Notes under the pieces: generated by a model | Databases searched by the model: none | What the model saw: only the letters and a program-made list of their open reading frames with translations | What the model was told of the DNA's origin: nothing | Shown here: in pieces, positions 61,203-64,000 of the stretch | How the letters are laid out: every line of letters begins with the position of its first letter | How positions within the stretch are numbered: the first letter of the stretch is position 1 | Made by a program: the position numbers and the translations under genes | Assembly (NCBI GenBank): GCA_032250835.1 | Contig: JAVVEA010000001.1 | Span: forward strand, 512,001-576,000 | DNA length: 64,000 nucleotides | Source of the DNA: a bacterium | GTDB lineage: Bacteria; SAR324; XYD2-FULL-50-16 | Reading direction: 5' to 3'

Positions 61203-61270
61203 TGGGCTTACCTTATTTACAAAGAACTTAGTGATTTACGCACTTTTTGATTTGAATTTTAGGAGTAAAA

Positions 61271-62290
61271 ATGAAGCCACACCTTCTGGGGTTATGGTTG
61301 GTCCTCTTCGCCCTCGGCTCTGCGGGTTGCTCGGATATTCGGCGTGAATTTTGGTCTCTGGTCCATGAAGCCGACCTGCACGATGTATCCAAATTTAAAG
61401 GCGAGCGCCGCGACTATGAGCTGATCAAGGCCAAAGTCCAACAGCTAAGCCCCAAAGGCTCCCCCATTGCCTCAGACGATCTGGGGCAAGTTCCGGTCGG
61501 GGACGGATCAACTTACCCCTTGTATGTTTTACATTACCGGCCCCCTAAACCCACCGCCCAGCCGCTACGCATTCTAGTCAGTGGCAGCGTACACGGAGAC
61601 GAGCCAGCGGGAACAGCAGCAATTTTCAGGCTCGCCGAACAATTATTAGCAGACTTGCCAGAGGACCTAGAGGTCTGGATGTTTCCGGTCGCCGCGCCCA
61701 GAGCCTATGTAAAAGACTCCCGCTTCACTGAGCCGATCAACGGCCAAAAGAAGGCCAACCTAAACCGGGATTTTCTGATCGACCTGCCGGAATATGAAGA
61801 AGCCAAGGGAGAACGGGACGAAACGGGCCAGTTGATTCATGCTACCCGAGAATCGACGTTGTTCACTCGGTACCTGATCGACCTGAAAGTGCAGGTCAAA
61901 AGCTTCGACCTGCACCTCGACTTTCACGAATGTTCGATCTGCCAAGCGGGGATGTTATTCACCAATGACCTTAGCCAAGGTAAAATGCTGGATGCCATGT
62001 ATCCGCCGCTTAAGCCGAAGCCAGGGGAGAAACCCTTTCCCTTAAAACAATATGACTTTTTGGTGGACTACCTAAAGACCTACAAGGATCAGCTATATTT
62101 TGTGGACCCCTTTAAAGGCCCGCCGGTCTTTTCCCGCTGGACCTTTGTTAAGCTTGGCGTACCAAGCTTTACCACCGAAACCGGGCAAGGCCGTAGCCTC
62201 AATGACCGCGCTCAACTTCAGTTGGCCATCTTAAACCATGCGGTAAACTACCTAAGAACCCAACGAGCCCAACCTTCAGGTTCCAATTAG
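61271..62290 (+). CDS. M14-family zinc carboxypeptidase-like lipoprotein
   Basis: Lipobox SAGC, SVHGDEPAG, NLNRDF, LDFHE, TTET; AGGAG RBS. Confidence 0.85.
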   Translation: MKPHLLGLWLVLFALGSAGCSDIRREFWSLVHEADLHDVSKFKGERRDYELIKAKVQQLSPKGSPIASDDLGQVPVGDGSTYPLYVLHYRPPKPTAQPLRILVSGSVHGDEPAGTAAIFRLAEQLLADLPEDLEVWMFPVAAPRAYVKDSRFTEPINGQKKANLNRDFLIDLPEYEEAKGERDETGQLIHATRESTLFTRYLIDLKVQVKSFDLHLDFHECSICQAGMLFTNDLSQGKMLDAMYPPLKPKPGEKPFPLKQYDFLVDYLKTYKDQLYFVDPFKGPPVFSRWTFVKLGVPSFTTETGQGRSLNDRAQLQLAILNHAVNYLRTQRAQPSGSN

Positions 62291-62340
62291 CCCCGCAGGC
62301 AGTGGAGCCTGGGCCCGAGCAGCTGAGCCCGCCTTAAGCT

Positions 62341-62697
62341 TTAAGTGCAACAACGCCTAGGCTTTGGCAGACCCGCAATCCGGGCTGCCTGAGCAATTGG
62401 GCCCAAGGGGAAAAGCCGGTAAAAGGTTTTGATCGCCTCCGTCCGCTCCAGGCCTTTAAGCTCTGCATAGCGGTTCATCAGCACCTTGTTGTGCGGTGCT
62501 TCACCCTGAGCAAAAAACATCTCCCGCATCAGGTGGATCACCTCCCAAGAGGCTTCGGTCAATTCCAAGCCATCATCATCCGCAAAGGCCAGGGCGATTT
62601 GATCATTCCAGTCCTCCGGCTGAGGTAAAAAACCATCATCCAAAGGGATTTCCTGGCCCCCGACAACCAACCGGTTTTCTTTTAATTCTTTTAACAT
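62341..62697 (-). CDS. TusE/DsrC family sulfur-relay protein
   Basis: LDDGFL..PEDW...A..DGLELT..W.VI..MR, LFP.GP..QAARIAGLPKP..C. Confidence 0.85.
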   Translation of the reverse strand: MLKELKENRLVVGGQEIPLDDGFLPQPEDWNDQIALAFADDDGLELTEASWEVIHLMREMFFAQGEAPHNKVLMNRYAELKGLERTEAIKTFYRLFPLGPIAQAARIAGLPKPRRCCT

Positions 62698-63033
62698 GCT
62701 GTCTGGTTCGATTCTGGGGTTCACTTTTAGCGTGATGGCTTGAGGCCCCTAGAGCTTGCTTAGCCTAGTCCGGCTAAAACTCAAGATGGGATGGACACCA
62801 TACCTTTGCTCAATAGGTTGCCCCGAAGGCTGTGGGCTGTAAAGAAATTTGCTACCTAGAGCCGCCAGCAATCAAACCCAATGGGGTTTCCATTACCATA
62901 TGGGACCCCAAAAACCGGGCACAAAAGCCTTGTAGGGCGGAGCCAATCTTCTTATAGTTTGGCCAAGCCGCCTTTTTTGCGGTTCCTTCGAACCCAATCC
63001 TGAGCCCCTAGCCAGACCCTTTGCGCTGACAAT

Positions 63034-64000
63034 ATGAACCCCTCGTTCCTCTTTCTGCTGGCCTTCTTGGCGCTGTTGCAACTGCGGGGTGACGGCTACT
63101 TTCCCTTCCCCAGGGATTGGCCAAAAGATTGGTTGTTGGCTTTGGTCCTAGGCCACCTAGCCCTGCTGTGGGCGCTGCTCCTGGGGTTTATTCGGGCCCA
63201 GCACCAAAATCGACCGCTCTTAGGGAACTGGTTGCGCTGGGTGGGGCCCGCCAAGTGGGGGGTAGCGCTCGGGGCTATTGCGTTGATTGTTGCCGGGCAG
63301 TGGTTGCAGGCCCAGCGTTTCGCCGCCATAGGTTACCGTTGGGAGCCCGGCGTGATGTTCACCCTCTTGGCCGCCTCGTTGGTCCTAGTAGCGCTGGCTT
63401 TTGCAAAGGAGCGGACGGGGCGCGAGCGGACCGCCTGGGCCTTGCTGGCGGCGGCGGCTCTGGGGCTTAAATTCTACCCCATCTTTTGTTTCCCCATCAC
63501 CGCAGAGCGTAGCGACATGCTACCGATCTTATCCGAAGCGGGCCAAGCTTGGCTCTCGGGTACCGAGGTCTACCGGTTTTATCTTTTAGACAACGGCGTC
63601 GAAACCCAAAATGTGCGCCTACCGGGCATGATCGCCCTTTACCTACCGGCGGTGGCGCTGGGTTTAGATTTACGCTGGGTGGTCTGGGGCTTTGAGGCGT
63701 TGGTTTTTGGGGCCTTGATCGTCCTGGGCGGTCGGTTGCCTTCTCAAAAGCGTCCGGTCTGGGCGCTGCTGCTGGTGGCCTTTTGGCTCCTCCCCTATTG
63801 GCAGATGCGCCATGAGTTGTATGAAGTGCCCTTTTGGTTGCTCTTGATGGCCGCCTTCTGGGCCTTGGAGCGTGAAAAGCTGTGGGCCTTAGCCTTTTTG
63901 CTGGGGGTGATGGTGGCCACCTTACAATGGGGCTGGCTCTTTGCGCCCTTCTTCAGTTTGGCGGTATTGCGCCGCTGGGGTTTAAAGCCTAGTTTATTGG
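63034..64000 (+). CDS. Polytopic membrane protein, possibly a GT-C-fold glycosyltransferase (partial, runs off window; absent from ORF track)
   Basis: Frame read from ATG 63034 appears open to the window end; many TM segments; SDMLP...YLPA..LGLDLRW. Confidence 0.65.
   Translation, partial: MNPSFLFLLAFLALLQLRGDGYFPFPRDWPKDWLLALVLGHLALLWALLLGFIRAQHQNRPLLGNWLRWVGPAKWGVALGAIALIVAGQWLQAQRFAAIGYRWEPGVMFTLLAASLVLVALAFAKERTGRERTAWALLAAAALGLKFYPIFCFPITAERSDMLPILSEAGQAWLSGTEVYRFYLLDNGVETQNVRLPGMIALYLPAVALGLDLRWVVWGFEALVFGALIVLGGRLPSQKRPVWALLLVAFWLLPYWQMRHELYEVPFWLLLMAAFWALEREKLWALAFLLGVMVATLQWGWLFAPFFSLAVLRRWGLKPSLL

Overview
Bacterial chromosomal window of moderately high GC. Gene style resembles SAR324/Lambdaproteobacteria-like Deltaproteobacteria, but this is inference only. 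Positions 1-31,900 are mostly housekeeping: the probable glyA 3' end, an XPB-like helicase, a TIGR01212 radical SAM gene, gspC, dacB, guaB, mfd, a PPIase, aroK, tyrS, dut, EPS glycosyltransferases, a SPOR protein, a NIT-domain chemoreceptor, an aminotransferase, a LOG protein and smpB. This part also holds a small divergent Hfq/Sm-like ORF. An ~830-bp non-coding element with CTAG flanks, terminal inverted repeats and nested internal repeats sits at the smpB stop codon. tmRNA (ssrA) lies at 34,567-34,985. It is followed by a decayed integrative island in which a truncated, frameshifted tyrosine integrase reads into an AT-rich PD-(D/E)XK-like gene. The rest is accessory-looking: stress genes, regulators, a TetR operon reduced to deletion scars, a RelA/SpoT small alarmone synthetase, Ig-like surface lipoproteins and signalling proteins. 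It also contains a selenium-associated cluster of LysR, a PhnCDE-like ABC transporter, an Fe-S protein and a probable ArsC-like selenoprotein with an in-frame UGA and SECIS-like hairpin that the ORF track misses. All calls come from reading the sequence; no searches were run.
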